This document shows positions 17,251 to 25,450 of a stretch of 56,094 bases of DNA, piece by piece (position 1 is the stretch's first letter; every line of letters begins with the position of its first letter). The position numbers were made by a program, and so were the translations under genes. Where the stretch lies: IMG/VR virus record IMGVR_UViG_3300033145_000771, positions 1 through 56,094 of that record; one strand, given 5' to 3'. The notes under the pieces are model-generated. The model was not told the origin of the DNA and searched no databases. It saw nothing but the letters and a program-made list of their open reading frames with translations. The stretch is from a virus. Lineage: Duplodnaviria > Caudoviricetes.

Positions 17251-17979
17251 ATGGAAGAAAAACGTAAAGCCATATTATATAGTCGGTTCAGCCCCCGAAA
17301 AAACGAAAACGAATGTGAATCCATCGAGGCTCAGTTCGACTTCTGCCGGAAATATTGCAAGGATAACGATATTGAGATCGTAGCTGAGTTTTCAGACCGG
17401 GCGCTGTCGGGCGGCGACGAGGAGCGTCCGGGACTGTGGGCGGCAATACACGCTCTCAAGAAGGGTTACGTGCTGGTTGTTTATCGGCTCGACAGACTGG
17501 CTCGCAGCGTGTATCTCAGCGTAATTATCGAAAGGACAATCAAGAAAAGGAACGCGACTTTTCTAAGTACCGTTGGCGAAAGGACGTGGAATGATAGCAA
17601 TGAGGATTTCCTTACTCGTAATCTCCTGCAAGTATTCGCTGAATTTGAGCGCAGGGTGATTTCCGCCCGGACCAGTGCTGTCATGCTCAGACATCAAGCT
17701 AATGGAAGGTTGATGGGCTCTGTACCGCCTTATGGCTGGCAACTCGATCCTGAGAATCCCAAACGGATTATCGAGAATCCTAAAGAGCGTATTATCGCAA
17801 ACCAAATACTGAGACTACACCGCAAGGGACTGTCATTGCGTAAAATCGCTGCTGAATTGCACAGGCTGAATTACTTGCCGAGGAAGGTGAGGAAGAAGTT
17901 TAAAGGTCGCACAGTCTACGTTAAAGGCCATTGGCAGCCACAGACAATTTCCGCTATCCTTAAACGAATGAAAAAATAA
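17251..17979 (+). CDS. Serine recombinase (resolvase/invertase catalytic domain plus C-terminal DNA-binding region)
   Basis: LYSRFS catalytic Ser, SG...RPGL, RLDRLARS, AEFERRVI, PPYGW. Confidence 0.9.
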   Translation: MEEKRKAILYSRFSPRKNENECESIEAQFDFCRKYCKDNDIEIVAEFSDRALSGGDEERPGLWAAIHALKKGYVLVVYRLDRLARSVYLSVIIERTIKKRNATFLSTVGERTWNDSNEDFLTRNLLQVFAEFERRVISARTSAVMLRHQANGRLMGSVPPYGWQLDPENPKRIIENPKERIIANQILRLHRKGLSLRKIAAELHRLNYLPRKVRKKFKGRTVYVKGHWQPQTISAILKRMKK

Positions 17980-17981
17980 AA

Positions 17982-18022
17982 CCTGCCCCCGGACAAGTCG
18001 GCGTGAGACCGCCGAGAGCAGG
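17982..18022. terminator. Hairpin between convergent operons
   Basis: CCTGC...GCAGG enclosing TCGGCG/CGCCGA. Confidence 0.4.
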
Positions 18023-18036
18023 CCATAAAAAGATAA

Positions 18037-18219
18037 CTATTCGATTTTGCCATATCTCACTTTAATCATCGCATAAGTCTCTTTATAACAGTTGACGACG
18101 TTCTCGCCACCACACTCTATGCACTTGCAGTTCCGCTTATCGCTCACAAACGGCCAGTGGCAGTCTTTGCAGTATTGAGGGTAGAAGATTCGCTCGGTCA
18201 TTGCTTCCTTACCATTCAA
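18037..18219 (-). CDS. Small Zn-ribbon protein
   Basis: Two C-x2-C pairs. Confidence 0.55.
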   Translation of the reverse strand: MNGKEAMTERIFYPQYCKDCHWPFVSDKRNCKCIECGGENVVNCYKETYAMIKVRYGKIE

Positions 18220-18225
18220 AGTTTT

Positions 18226-18636
18226 TCATTTGTCCAGTACCCCCTTAATCAATTCAATAGCATCCCAGACGTTCCTATGGCACTGCTCTCCGTCCCGCCG
18301 GGCTATTAGGAATTCCCGGACTATTACTACAGGCTTCTTTTGATGACCCTTTATCCTTGCAATGGCATCGTCTATTGTGAGTGCGTTCTTGTGATGATCC
18401 CTGACAGATACCAAGAAGCTCAGGACTTCAACCAAGGCGTCCTCCCACCTCTCTTCCGGCGTTATACAATCATTAACCTTTGCCAGTTTTATATTTACCT
18501 GACTGTCAGACATTATAGGGTTTGTCGAGTGTTTTGGCATTTTGTTTTGCCTCCCTTCTTGCAGGATCAACGCTGTCCATACATCTTTGCGAACACCAAT
18601 ACTCATCTTCATCCGGCAGGTAAATTGGATTATCAA
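18226..18636 (-). CDS. Hypothetical protein (true start probably MPKHST)
   Basis: GGAGG before internal ATG. Confidence 0.5.
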   Translation of the reverse strand: MIIQFTCRMKMSIGVRKDVWTALILQEGRQNKMPKHSTNPIMSDSQVNIKLAKVNDCITPEERWEDALVEVLSFLVSVRDHHKNALTIDDAIARIKGHQKKPVVIVREFLIARRDGEQCHRNVWDAIELIKGVLDK

Positions 18637-18712
18637 GCGGATCCCTGAGTTTCTTCCTACATCCCTTACACTGGCATAAAAACTGCCTGGATTGTTGTGC
18701 TTTGCGTCTCAT
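18506..18712 (-). CDS. Small Zn-binding protein
   Basis: C..C...WCS.RC; ATGA overlap with MTase stop. Confidence 0.5.
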   Translation of the reverse strand: MRRKAQQSRQFLCQCKGCRKKLRDPLDNPIYLPDEDEYWCSQRCMDSVDPARREAKQNAKTLDKPYNV

Positions 18713-19494
18713 TCGAATAACGCTCCTAATGTCCTAATCGCCTTTTCCGCTTGAGCAGGAATTACCCCGTTGCCCAGGAGCCTAAGTCTGTCCATCCAAT
18801 AGGCAAGCCCATCATCCATTCTCGGAACATCGGAGATTTCTCTAAGTCTCGGCGGCCAAGGTGGAGGAGTACATCTCGTAATTTTGGTCCGCGTCGTAAT
18901 CCGCTCGTTTTGCTTATACGAGACCAAGTATTCCCCTCTGTAATTACTGGGCAACTGCCCCCCTGGGATTCCGCTGTTCGTGGCGTTGGCAAGCACAAAT
19001 AGCCGTTGCCGTGTCGCCGGGGCTCCAACTTCCCACGCTGTAAACAGTCCTGCCTCAACTGAGTAACCCATATTTCGTAGGCTTCGATAAACTTCGGGGA
19101 ATCCGAGGGTAAGGTGTCCGGCGACGTTCTCGAAGACGCACCAAACAGGTCTAACTGCCTCGACGATTCGAGCAATATGCGGCCAAAGGTGTCGGGGATC
19201 GTCGGTTCCCTGTCTCTTGCCAGCGAGGCTGAACGGCTGGCACGGAAATCCTCCCATAACGATGTCCACCCGTCCTCGAAAAGGCTCCGCATTGAAGGTT
19301 TTAAGATCCGTCCAGATAGGTGCTGCATCCATTTTACCCGCTTCAATCTTTGAAACCAAGTTCGCGCAAGCGAACATTTCGATCTCCACATAGCAGATTG
19401 TTCTAAGAGAGGGCATAACTCTTTTGACTCCAAGCTCAAGACCTCCATAGCCCGTGCAGAGGGATAAACAGGTAAATTCTTTGGTAAAATCCAC
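18709..19494 (-). CDS. C5 cytosine DNA methyltransferase, main polypeptide (likely GTG start 19494)
   Basis: Motif I SLCTGYGG, IV GGFPCQPFS, VI ENV, VIII RQRLF, X LLGNGV; motif IX absent from this frame. Confidence 0.9.
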   Translation of the reverse strand: MDFTKEFTCLSLCTGYGGLELGVKRVMPSLRTICYVEIEMFACANLVSKIEAGKMDAAPIWTDLKTFNAEPFRGRVDIVMGGFPCQPFSLAGKRQGTDDPRHLWPHIARIVEAVRPVWCVFENVAGHLTLGFPEVYRSLRNMGYSVEAGLFTAWEVGAPATRQRLFVLANATNSGIPGGQLPSNYRGEYLVSYKQNERITTRTKITRCTPPPWPPRLREISDVPRMDDGLAYWMDRLRLLGNGVIPAQAEKAIRTLGALFE

Positions 19495-19496
19495 AT
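18762..19496 (-). CDS. Alternative-frame methyltransferase subunit carrying motif IX
   Basis: 244-codon overlapping frame ending SPMFREWMMGLPIGWT. Confidence 0.7.
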   Translation of the reverse strand: MWILPKNLPVYPSARAMEVLSLESKELCPLLEQSAMWRSKCSLARTWFQRLKRVKWMQHLSGRILKPSMRSLFEDGWTSLWEDFRASRSASLARDREPTIPDTFGRILLESSRQLDLFGASSRTSPDTLPSDSPKFIEAYEIWVTQLRQDCLQRGKLEPRRHGNGYLCLPTPRTAESQGGSCPVITEGNTWSRISKTSGLRRGPKLRDVLLHLGRRDLEKSPMFREWMMGLPIGWTDLGSWATG

Positions 19497-19996
19497 TAGT
19501 TCTTGACACCTGTCAACCTTTCTATTATTGTAATAGTATTTATGAAAGGAATACGATGAGTTGTATACCAGATATTAAAACTACCAAGAAAATGTATAAG
19601 CTTTATCAACAGGGATTTAGTTTGGCTCAAGTAGGAAAAGCGTTTGGAGTAAGCAGACAAGCAGTATATGACCGCTTTCATGTTCGCAATCTTGAGTTGC
19701 GCACAGTCAAGCCATTGCCATTTATTATGTTTGAAGGCAAAAAATATACGCGTAGAAAATTGGGATATTATGCCTGCACTAACGGCGACAGACACTACCT
19801 GCATCGAGTTATATGGAAGTCTATAAATGGCAAAATACCACCAGGTTATGACATTCACCATATAGATGGTGATAGAACCAATAATCATATTGATAATCTT
19901 GAATTGATTACAAAATCTGAACATTCGTCTAAATATCCTCACCACAAAAATCAGTACACAAGCTGATACATCTAAGTTCTTCGGTATTATCCACAT
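19496..19996 (-). CDS. Open frame from duplicated MTase 5' end through the antisense of the HNH (possible coupling ORF)
   Basis: Starts MWIIPKNL; its TAA overlaps ATG of MWILPKNL (TAATG). Confidence 0.45.
   Translation of the reverse strand: MWIIPKNLDVSACVLIFVVRIFRRMFRFCNQFKIINMIIGSITIYMVNVITWWYFAIYRLPYNSMQVVSVAVSAGIISQFSTRIFFAFKHNKWQWLDCAQLKIANMKAVIYCLSAYSKRFSYLSQTKSLLIKLIHFLGSFNIWYTTHRIPFINTITIIERLTGVKN
19503..19531 (+). promoter_or_regulatory. Sigma70-like promoter for HNH, -35 within a palindrome
   Basis: TTGACA-17 nt-TATTGT; TTGACA-CC-TGTCAA; GAAAGGA RBS before ATG 19556. Confidence 0.6.
19556..19966 (+). CDS. HTH + HNH endonuclease, antisense, inserted at MTase 5' end
   Basis: GFSLAQVGKAFGVSRQAVY; YLHRVIW...DIHHIDGDRTNNHIDNLEL. 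Confidence 0.9.
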   Translation: MSCIPDIKTTKKMYKLYQQGFSLAQVGKAFGVSRQAVYDRFHVRNLELRTVKPLPFIMFEGKKYTRRKLGYYACTNGDRHYLHRVIWKSINGKIPPGYDIHHIDGDRTNNHIDNLELITKSEHSSKYPHHKNQYTS

Positions 19997-20004
19997 TCCA
20001 GCCC

Positions 20005-20199
20005 CTATTCCAGCGCCTTTATCACCAACTGTATGCAGTCATGGGTTATAACAGACTGTCCAGCGAGCAAAGCTTCGTCGGCTTGCCGTAATATCGTAAC
20101 AGATTCTCTTACCTCTTTAACCATCTCGGCCAACAACTCGTTAATCTTCCAGAGCTTCTCTGCGTTTTCCAATGTATTCTGAGTCAATATTGTATCCAT
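20005..20199 (-). CDS. Hypothetical protein
   Basis: Packed in operon. Confidence 0.55.
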   Translation of the reverse strand: MDTILTQNTLENAEKLWKINELLAEMVKEVRESVTILRQADEALLAGQSVITHDCIQLVIKALE

Positions 20200-20782
20200 T
20201 TTTTATTGCCCCTTCCAGTTTTCTAACTATTACCAACATTTCGTCGAGGTCGGGCTTCACGCTCGGATCATCCCTGTGCAGTTCGAACCAGGCCCATTGC
20301 TCCTTATGAGTTTTTTTCATCCAATCAGCGAACCGCTCTACGACGTCTGTCGCTCCGTGTGCTGCGATATCGCTCCCGAGGGCATGATAGTATGCGTTGA
20401 GGCATATTCCGTTCTCTACCGTCCACCTGTGGCTTAGGTTGCCCCTATGAATTAAATGGTGCGCCTCCAGATTGTCTGTTTTGTTAGAATAAGCACACTT
20501 CCAGCCGAACCTGACCTTGACAGCCGAAGACCACAACGAATCCGCCAGTGTGATCAGATGCTTGCGTATAGCGGCACGAATGCTGACTTTGGTGATCTTA
20601 GGGGATTTCACCCTGATCTTTGCATGAATCTCGTCAATGCCAGCACCACCCTTGTACAGCTTCGTGATAAAGCCCTTAGTTCCTGGTTTCATTTTTGCCA
20701 TCCTTGGCCTCCAATTCCTTTTCGTGGATGTTGCTGATGACTTCAAACCATTTATCCGCATCGTATAAACAATGGACTTCAT
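20141..20782 (-). CDS. NinG-like HNH-fold nuclease (likely start MAKMKP)
   Basis: ADSLWS..VK....C....NLEAHH.I.R.....RW..ENGICL. Confidence 0.65.
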   Translation of the reverse strand: MKSIVYTMRINGLKSSATSTKRNWRPRMAKMKPGTKGFITKLYKGGAGIDEIHAKIRVKSPKITKVSIRAAIRKHLITLADSLWSSAVKVRFGWKCAYSNKTDNLEAHHLIHRGNLSHRWTVENGICLNAYYHALGSDIAAHGATDVVERFADWMKKTHKEQWAWFELHRDDPSVKPDLDEMLVIVRKLEGAIKNGYNIDSEYIGKRREALED

Positions 20783-21071
20783 CTGGGTGAATACCTATAA
20801 AGCTACAATCATCTTGATTCCACGTTATTACAATTCCATCTTTGTCAAAATCTCCCTCGTATATATCAATCCCATTCCTGTCCTTGAGGCCGATGAACTG
20901 CTCAAGAATTGCATTGGGGACGGGCCGAAAATTTCCATCCTCCTCTGCGAACTCAATCTCCATTCCTCCACCACCCAAGCAGCAGATATACGGTTGTTCC
21001 TGCATTTCTTTTTTGTCTGGATCCCATGCTCTAAACTTTATCTCTCGCATCTTCGTTCTCCTTACATTCAT
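20676..21071 (-). CDS. YopX family protein
   Basis: MREIKFRAW, QFIGLKDRNGIDIYEGD, EVISNIHE. Confidence 0.85.
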   Translation of the reverse strand: MNVRRTKMREIKFRAWDPDKKEMQEQPYICCLGGGGMEIEFAEEDGNFRPVPNAILEQFIGLKDRNGIDIYEGDFDKDGIVITWNQDDCSFIGIHPDEVHCLYDADKWFEVISNIHEKELEAKDGKNETRN

Positions 21072-21104
21072 GCTTATTAATGCATCACTGGCACTTCCCC
21101 AAGC

Positions 21105-21635
21105 CTATAATAACTCTGGGTTATCGGACTTGTTGCCGATGATTTTAAGGCTGCCAGCAAATTCCCCAACAATTACGCAATCAGACTCGCTATCTTCGTA
21201 ATCAATAACGAAAGCTCCTTTGCGGAAGATTACTTCAAGTACTTGAGGTTCTTCGTCGCAATAAATTGAAGCCTCGACCATATCCCCTTGGCATATCTCC
21301 AGACCTTTTGGATATTCTTCTGTTCGCTTGCTGTCCATTTGGCCAATGAATTGGCCTACGGTTTCGGGAATGACTTCGATTGCACCATATATCGCTCTAT
21401 CGTTTTGTTCGACATCAAAAAAATCCCAAGCATCTTCGAGCGGTATTATAAAACAAGCAATATAACTCTCGTGTTTAACTTTGATTAACGATCCATACGC
21501 CCATTCCCCATTGTTTACACGCTTGCCTCTAAACTTTATCGTTCTCATTTTTCTCCTTTTTCTGGCAACACTTAGGAACTCGGGCAAGAATTTCTTCGTC
21601 AGTCCGATCATCCATAGCTGTTGTGAACTGATCAA
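21105..21635 (-). CDS. YopX family protein (start MRTIKFRG)
   Basis: IKFRGKR, WAYGSL, PETVGQF, IIGN..DNPELL. Confidence 0.85.
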   Translation of the reverse strand: MISSQQLWMIGLTKKFLPEFLSVARKRRKMRTIKFRGKRVNNGEWAYGSLIKVKHESYIACFIIPLEDAWDFFDVEQNDRAIYGAIEVIPETVGQFIGQMDSKRTEEYPKGLEICQGDMVEASIYCDEEPQVLEVIFRKGAFVIDYEDSESDCVIVGEFAGSLKIIGNKSDNPELL

Positions 21636-21711
21636 TGAATTCGCCGTTGACGATCCTGTGAAGCGATTCCATCCTGTTAATCCTATCTCGGATTCTCTGA
21701 CTTGATCTCAT
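21529..21711 (-). CDS. Hypothetical protein
   Basis: AAGG RBS; fills gap. Confidence 0.45.
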   Translation of the reverse strand: MRSSQRIRDRINRMESLHRIVNGEFIDQFTTAMDDRTDEEILARVPKCCQKKEKNENDKV

Positions 21712-21859
21712 TTCAGCTTTCCTTTCTTCTGATTTCCAGAAATTTCCAGCTTCCCTTCTAGGGATAGTAATACCTTGACTAGCGTATTCAATCTGCTAGC
21801 TTTTTATGCTTCTGCATCTGCCCTGGCCTCTGCTCCAGCAGAGGCTCTGCCTCTGCTTG

Positions 21860-21908
21860 GGCTTACTTTGGCTTACTTTGGCTTACTTTGGCTTACTTTT
21901 TGCTTACT
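21860..21908. repeat. Tandem 10-bp repeats GGCTTACTTT, candidate iterons
   Basis: Three perfect copies plus one partial at the 3' end of the initiator-like gene. Confidence 0.7.
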
Positions 21909-22265
21909 CCTGAATCGTTCTTGTGCTTTACGGTTTTGTTCTCGCCGCTTTTCGGGATCGCGTTTCTGTCGATACTTGGCATAATTGACGATTAGCCAGC
22001 CTCCATCAGCTTCAATAAGCCGCCGACCTTCATATTCTTTAGACCTGCTGTGTGGATCAGGAGCACAAAGGGCATCGATACTCTCCTGAGCATCTTTTAA
22101 ACTCATCCGAGCAATAGCAGCCATTCCGGGGATCGAGCCCGTTACGTAACCATCGGCATCGGTACTCGCGAGAAAAGTAATCCACATAATTCGTGTCTTA
22201 TCATCTTCCGACCAGATGCTGGAAGTAATGATATTGTTGAAAAGTTTTGTGAAACCGCCATTCAT
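21873..22265 (-). CDS. Replication-initiator-like N-terminal domain protein
   Basis: FTKLFNNIITSSIW, PDPHSRS, GWLIVNYAKYR; ends in the repeats. Confidence 0.7.
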   Translation of the reverse strand: MNGGFTKLFNNIITSSIWSEDDKTRIMWITFLASTDADGYVTGSIPGMAAIARMSLKDAQESIDALCAPDPHSRSKEYEGRRLIEADGGWLIVNYAKYRQKRDPEKRREQNRKAQERFRSKQKVSQSKPK

Positions 22266-22280
22266 TATAAGCATCCGTGC

Positions 22281-22412
22281 AAAAAATATCCCCCAGAGCA
22301 TGAACGCCGAATACCACAAGGGCATGGGCCTCTGAGGGATAATTGAAGCTGATTCTATTGTAATATCCAACGTTCATAATCACAAATATACAACAAATTT
22401 CCTATATGTCAA
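22281..22412 (-). promoter_or_regulatory. Promoter + A-B-A'-B'-polyU leader (copy 1)
   Basis: TTGACA-16-TATATT; ATGAACGTT/GGCGTTCAT; TATCCCTCAGAG/CTCTGGGGGATA; T6. Confidence 0.65.
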
Positions 22413-22451
22413 GTGTTTTTTTGTTTAACTGCTTGTTAGTCTTTGTCCTGC

Positions 22452-22628
22452 TTAGTTTGCTGTTTCTTCATACTTATTGCATTGTTCGACAATATCACGT
22501 ATCAGGGGCCACCACTGGAATGCCTCTGCCGTTAATTCGACCTCATCTTTTCTTGCTGAACAAGAAAAAGTCTCAAGCTCGTTGCCCTGAAACTCAAACT
22601 TCCAGCCTAATCTCATTAGTTCTTCCAT
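22452..22628 (-). CDS. Hypothetical 58-aa protein (MEELMRLGWKFEF...)
   Basis: Manually translated; GGAG/ACGGA upstream. Confidence 0.5.
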   Translation of the reverse strand: MEELMRLGWKFEFQGNELETFSCSARKDEVELTAEAFQWWPLIRDIVEQCNKYEETAN

Positions 22629-22751
22629 TATCCGTCAATCTCCATATTTACCCTTTCGGGAAAAAAACTTCCCTTCACCCATACCCCATAACACCTAATT
22701 CGCCTTTTCTTTTCCCAGAGTGCCTGTAGTGGCCACTCTGGCGTCAGGAAA

Positions 22752-22970
22752 CTATACGTACGGTCGGTACTTGAACAGTGGGCAGGTTACAACGGTACAT
22801 CTTTTGATCTCGGCTGCCTCCCAGCACATACAATCGAGACATTTGCTATTTATCGCAGCACGTATAGAATGCCCTTTCATAGCCTTATCGTACTGCCTGC
22901 GATATGAACCGTGAAACAAATCCGGGATTTTCTCCCGAAACAACTTTCTCTGTTCTTCTGTCGCGCTCAT
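22752..22970 (-). CDS. Hypothetical Cys-rich protein
   Basis: AINSKCLDC...C....CPLF..RPY. Confidence 0.65.
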   Translation of the reverse strand: MSATEEQRKLFREKIPDLFHGSYRRQYDKAMKGHSIRAAINSKCLDCMCWEAAEIKRCTVVTCPLFKYRPYV

Positions 22971-23006
22971 GTTAATATCATTCCTTTCTATTATATAAAT
23001 TTAGCA

Positions 23007-23213
23007 TTACATCCTGAGCCATTCTGCCCGGGTTTTCAAATGTGCGAGAATCTGTTTTTCAAGATCAGGGTCAAGCCAGTCTTGCCCAATAAGCCAATCC
23101 AAATAACCAACATCGATATCGCTTGCATAATTGCCGGCGTGTTTTCCAAATGGGATTATTGGGTCTGGCGTATCACTCATTAGTTCCTCAAAGTTCATAT
23201 AAACCACCTGCAC
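23007..23213 (-). CDS. Small DUF3820-like protein
   Basis: IPFGKHAG...DIDVGYLDWL. Confidence 0.65.
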   Translation of the reverse strand: MQVVYMNFEELMSDTPDPIIPFGKHAGNYASDIDVGYLDWLIGQDWLDPDLEKQILAHLKTRAEWLRM

Positions 23214-23237
23214 TTTGCCATAATCTTTTCCTTTTGC

Positions 23238-24084
23238 TTAAACAAATTTACTGTTCTTTACAAGCGCCAAGACCGCATCCCTGGTACAACCGGCCTGAAG
23301 CCACGCCCGTATATCCTTCTTTTGAGGCGGTTTGATAATCCTAACACTGCTCACGAACAGCTTGATGGAGCGAGCCAACTTTAACCCTCCGGAATACCCT
23401 GGAAAGAACTTCCTGCCGTCAGGCGTATATTTAGCTTCATCCTTGTCGGCAAACACCACGACCTGCCGGTTAGCATGCTCAATCATTTCTTTAATATACT
23501 TGTACCCTGTACCACAACTTGCCCTGCCGATAGCTGGAAATCCCAAATCCAATAGAGCTGCAGTGTCAGTCGGGCCTTCGGCGATGAATAGCAAGTCGTC
23601 GGACTCAGCCTTTATACTGCCTGGAATGAACAGGCCATTCTTCGAGCCTGGAACGCTAAACTTTTTACCTGTCAGCGTTCGCAGCCTAATCCCGATGATA
23701 TTCCCCTTACCGTCTTTCATCGGAAAGCAGTGGACTTTCTTCTGAGGATCCCAGCCAACAAGCAGGTCGTCAAGAGCCATCGCACTGAGCCCGAACATAG
23801 CAACTGCCTTTATTATATCCACATTATTGCGATAAGAGGCAACCAGTTTGCCCCAATTCGGCACAAGCGTCGGCTTAGGATTGCGCTTCGGAACGTATTT
23901 CCGTTTCTGTTTTGGCGGTCTGTCTATCAGATTATGAAGCCAGCCTGCACCTTTATCCCCAACTATACATACAGAGCCTTCCGATACCCGTGCGCAAATA
24001 GCAGCAGAGCCATCCTCGGCGTATAGGCACCAGTCAAAACCTTCCACAAATGACACAAGGATGATTTTTATTTACCCTAAGCAT
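23238..24084 (-). CDS. Zn-finger + TOPRIM primase with a +1 frameshift at 24034-24039
   Basis: AAGGAG-ATG 24084 MLRVNKNHPCVICGRF*, continues FDWCLY in +1 frame; IAEGPTD, FADKD, KDIRAW. Confidence 0.75.
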
Positions 24085-24136
24085 TTGATAGTCTCCTTTC
24101 CGCTGACACATAAAGCATTTTAGGTCGAATCATTGT

Positions 24137-24397
24137 CTAAACTCCTTCGTTTGGGATTCCTGCCGCTGCCAAAGCTTCGTCAAGAATGTATGGCTCCGAG
24201 CCGTCCCAGAGCTTTTGGCCTTCGTCGTATTTTTTGTCCTGAAATTCTTCAAACGCATCTGGAAATTTTTCGTAATCGGGACATTCGCCTCGCCAGTCAA
24301 GGTGGGTACTATCATTGTCCACCATAAGAACCCAGCCTTCTAATTTGCCTGACTTAAATGCGTTTGCCAATTCTTGTATGTTTTTGTATTTAGCCAT
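24137..24397 (-). CDS. Hypothetical protein
   Basis: AAGGA RBS. Confidence 0.65.
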   Translation of the reverse strand: MAKYKNIQELANAFKSGKLEGWVLMVDNDSTHLDWRGECPDYEKFPDAFEEFQDKKYDEGQKLWDGSEPYILDEALAAAGIPNEGV

Positions 24398-24408
24398 TGT
24401 CTTAGTCC

Positions 24409-24591
24409 TTAAGAATTTAATGCACGTTCAATCGAATCAAAATCTTCATGCGAAGATGTTAAATATTGTAACCGCTTCAACTCAGTCTCCATAGCTTCAA
24501 GCTTTGCCCCGATACACGAATTACACAGCCCAATATTCAAGGCGTAGTTGTAATTGTCTTCGCTTCCGCACTTTTCACATTTGTTAGCCAT
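24409..24591 (-). CDS. Hypothetical Zn-binding protein
   Basis: Two C-x2-C pairs. Confidence 0.55.
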   Translation of the reverse strand: MANKCEKCGSEDNYNYALNIGLCNSCIGAKLEAMETELKRLQYLTSSHEDFDSIERALNS

Positions 24592-24601
24592 TGTCTTTAC
24601 C

Positions 24602-24883
24602 CTATGGAAAGTTGTAGGTTATTGATGTCAATATATTGCAATGCTTACAATAATGGCCAGTGACTTCACTAACTTCAATACCGTCTGCTATTTCACTGTC
24701 TAATTCAACCGTCTCACCATTTTTATACGGCTCATCGTCCACCCGCCATTCGTCGTAAGGATAAACAAGCATCGTTTTGCCCCCGCACTCATCACATAGC
24801 GAATAGCCATCCTTTTTTTGCTCACCAATTATCTGGATAGTGAACCCTCTAACTTTTGCCTTAGCCATTGTCTTTCTCCTCAA
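24602..24883 (-). CDS. Hypothetical Zn-ribbon protein
   Basis: C-x2-C pairs; AGGAG before MAKAK. Confidence 0.6.
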   Translation of the reverse strand: MRRKTMAKAKVRGFTIQIIGEQKKDGYSLCDECGGKTMLVYPYDEWRVDDEPYKNGETVELDSEIADGIEVSEVTGHYCKHCNILTSITYNFP

Positions 24884-25055
24884 TGAGTTCTTTTCTGTAA
24901 AATCCCATAATCTTATCTCTTATACGGGGATTGTCTCTGAGAACTATAATCCTGTATTCCATATTGAGATTTGTCTCCCCAATCATCTTTCCTTTTTCCC
25001 CTCTCAATCGGCCTTTGCATATTACTATGCGACGTCCATATTTGTATTTAAGCAT
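24861..25055 (-). CDS. Hypothetical protein
   Basis: RBS; overlaps neighbours. Confidence 0.55.
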   Translation of the reverse strand: MLKYKYGRRIVICKGRLRGEKGKMIGETNLNMEYRIIVLRDNPRIRDKIMGFYRKELIEEKDNG

Positions 25056-25293
25056 TGTCTTCGTCCTCGTTCAGTCGGTCAAATTCTTTTATAGCGTTTC
25101 CCGTATCCGCCAGGAATTCGTCTAACTCGGCAGCGCACATATCGGGATGGGCTGTGATGAAGCCGAGAGTCTCCTTAACGGTTCCAACTATTAAATCGAT
25201 ACGCGAGATATCGCCCCTTCGAGAAGCGTGCGACATTCTCACGGTTAATTTGTAAATATCAATCTTATCTTTGTCTGTCAGCATATTTACCAC
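25048..25293 (-). CDS. Hypothetical protein
   Basis: Packed in operon. Confidence 0.55.
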   Translation of the reverse strand: MVNMLTDKDKIDIYKLTVRMSHASRRGDISRIDLIVGTVKETLGFITAHPDMCAAELDEFLADTGNAIKEFDRLNEDEDNA

Positions 25294-25450
25294 ACAATAC
25301 CTTTGCTTTGCCTTTGCTGTGCGATGCTTCGCCGGGCCAAGCTTTGCCTTTGCTTTGCCGTGCCTCGCGCTGCCTTTGCACTCGGCTTCGTCTTTGGGTA
25401 TATAATTATCTTCTTTCTTAGAAAAATGTAAGCAAGGCCATGTTAGTTTA

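Noticed and set aside
25298-25390. CTTTG/GCAAAG short-period repeats
   Set aside because: Degenerate low-complexity tract with no clear start or structure
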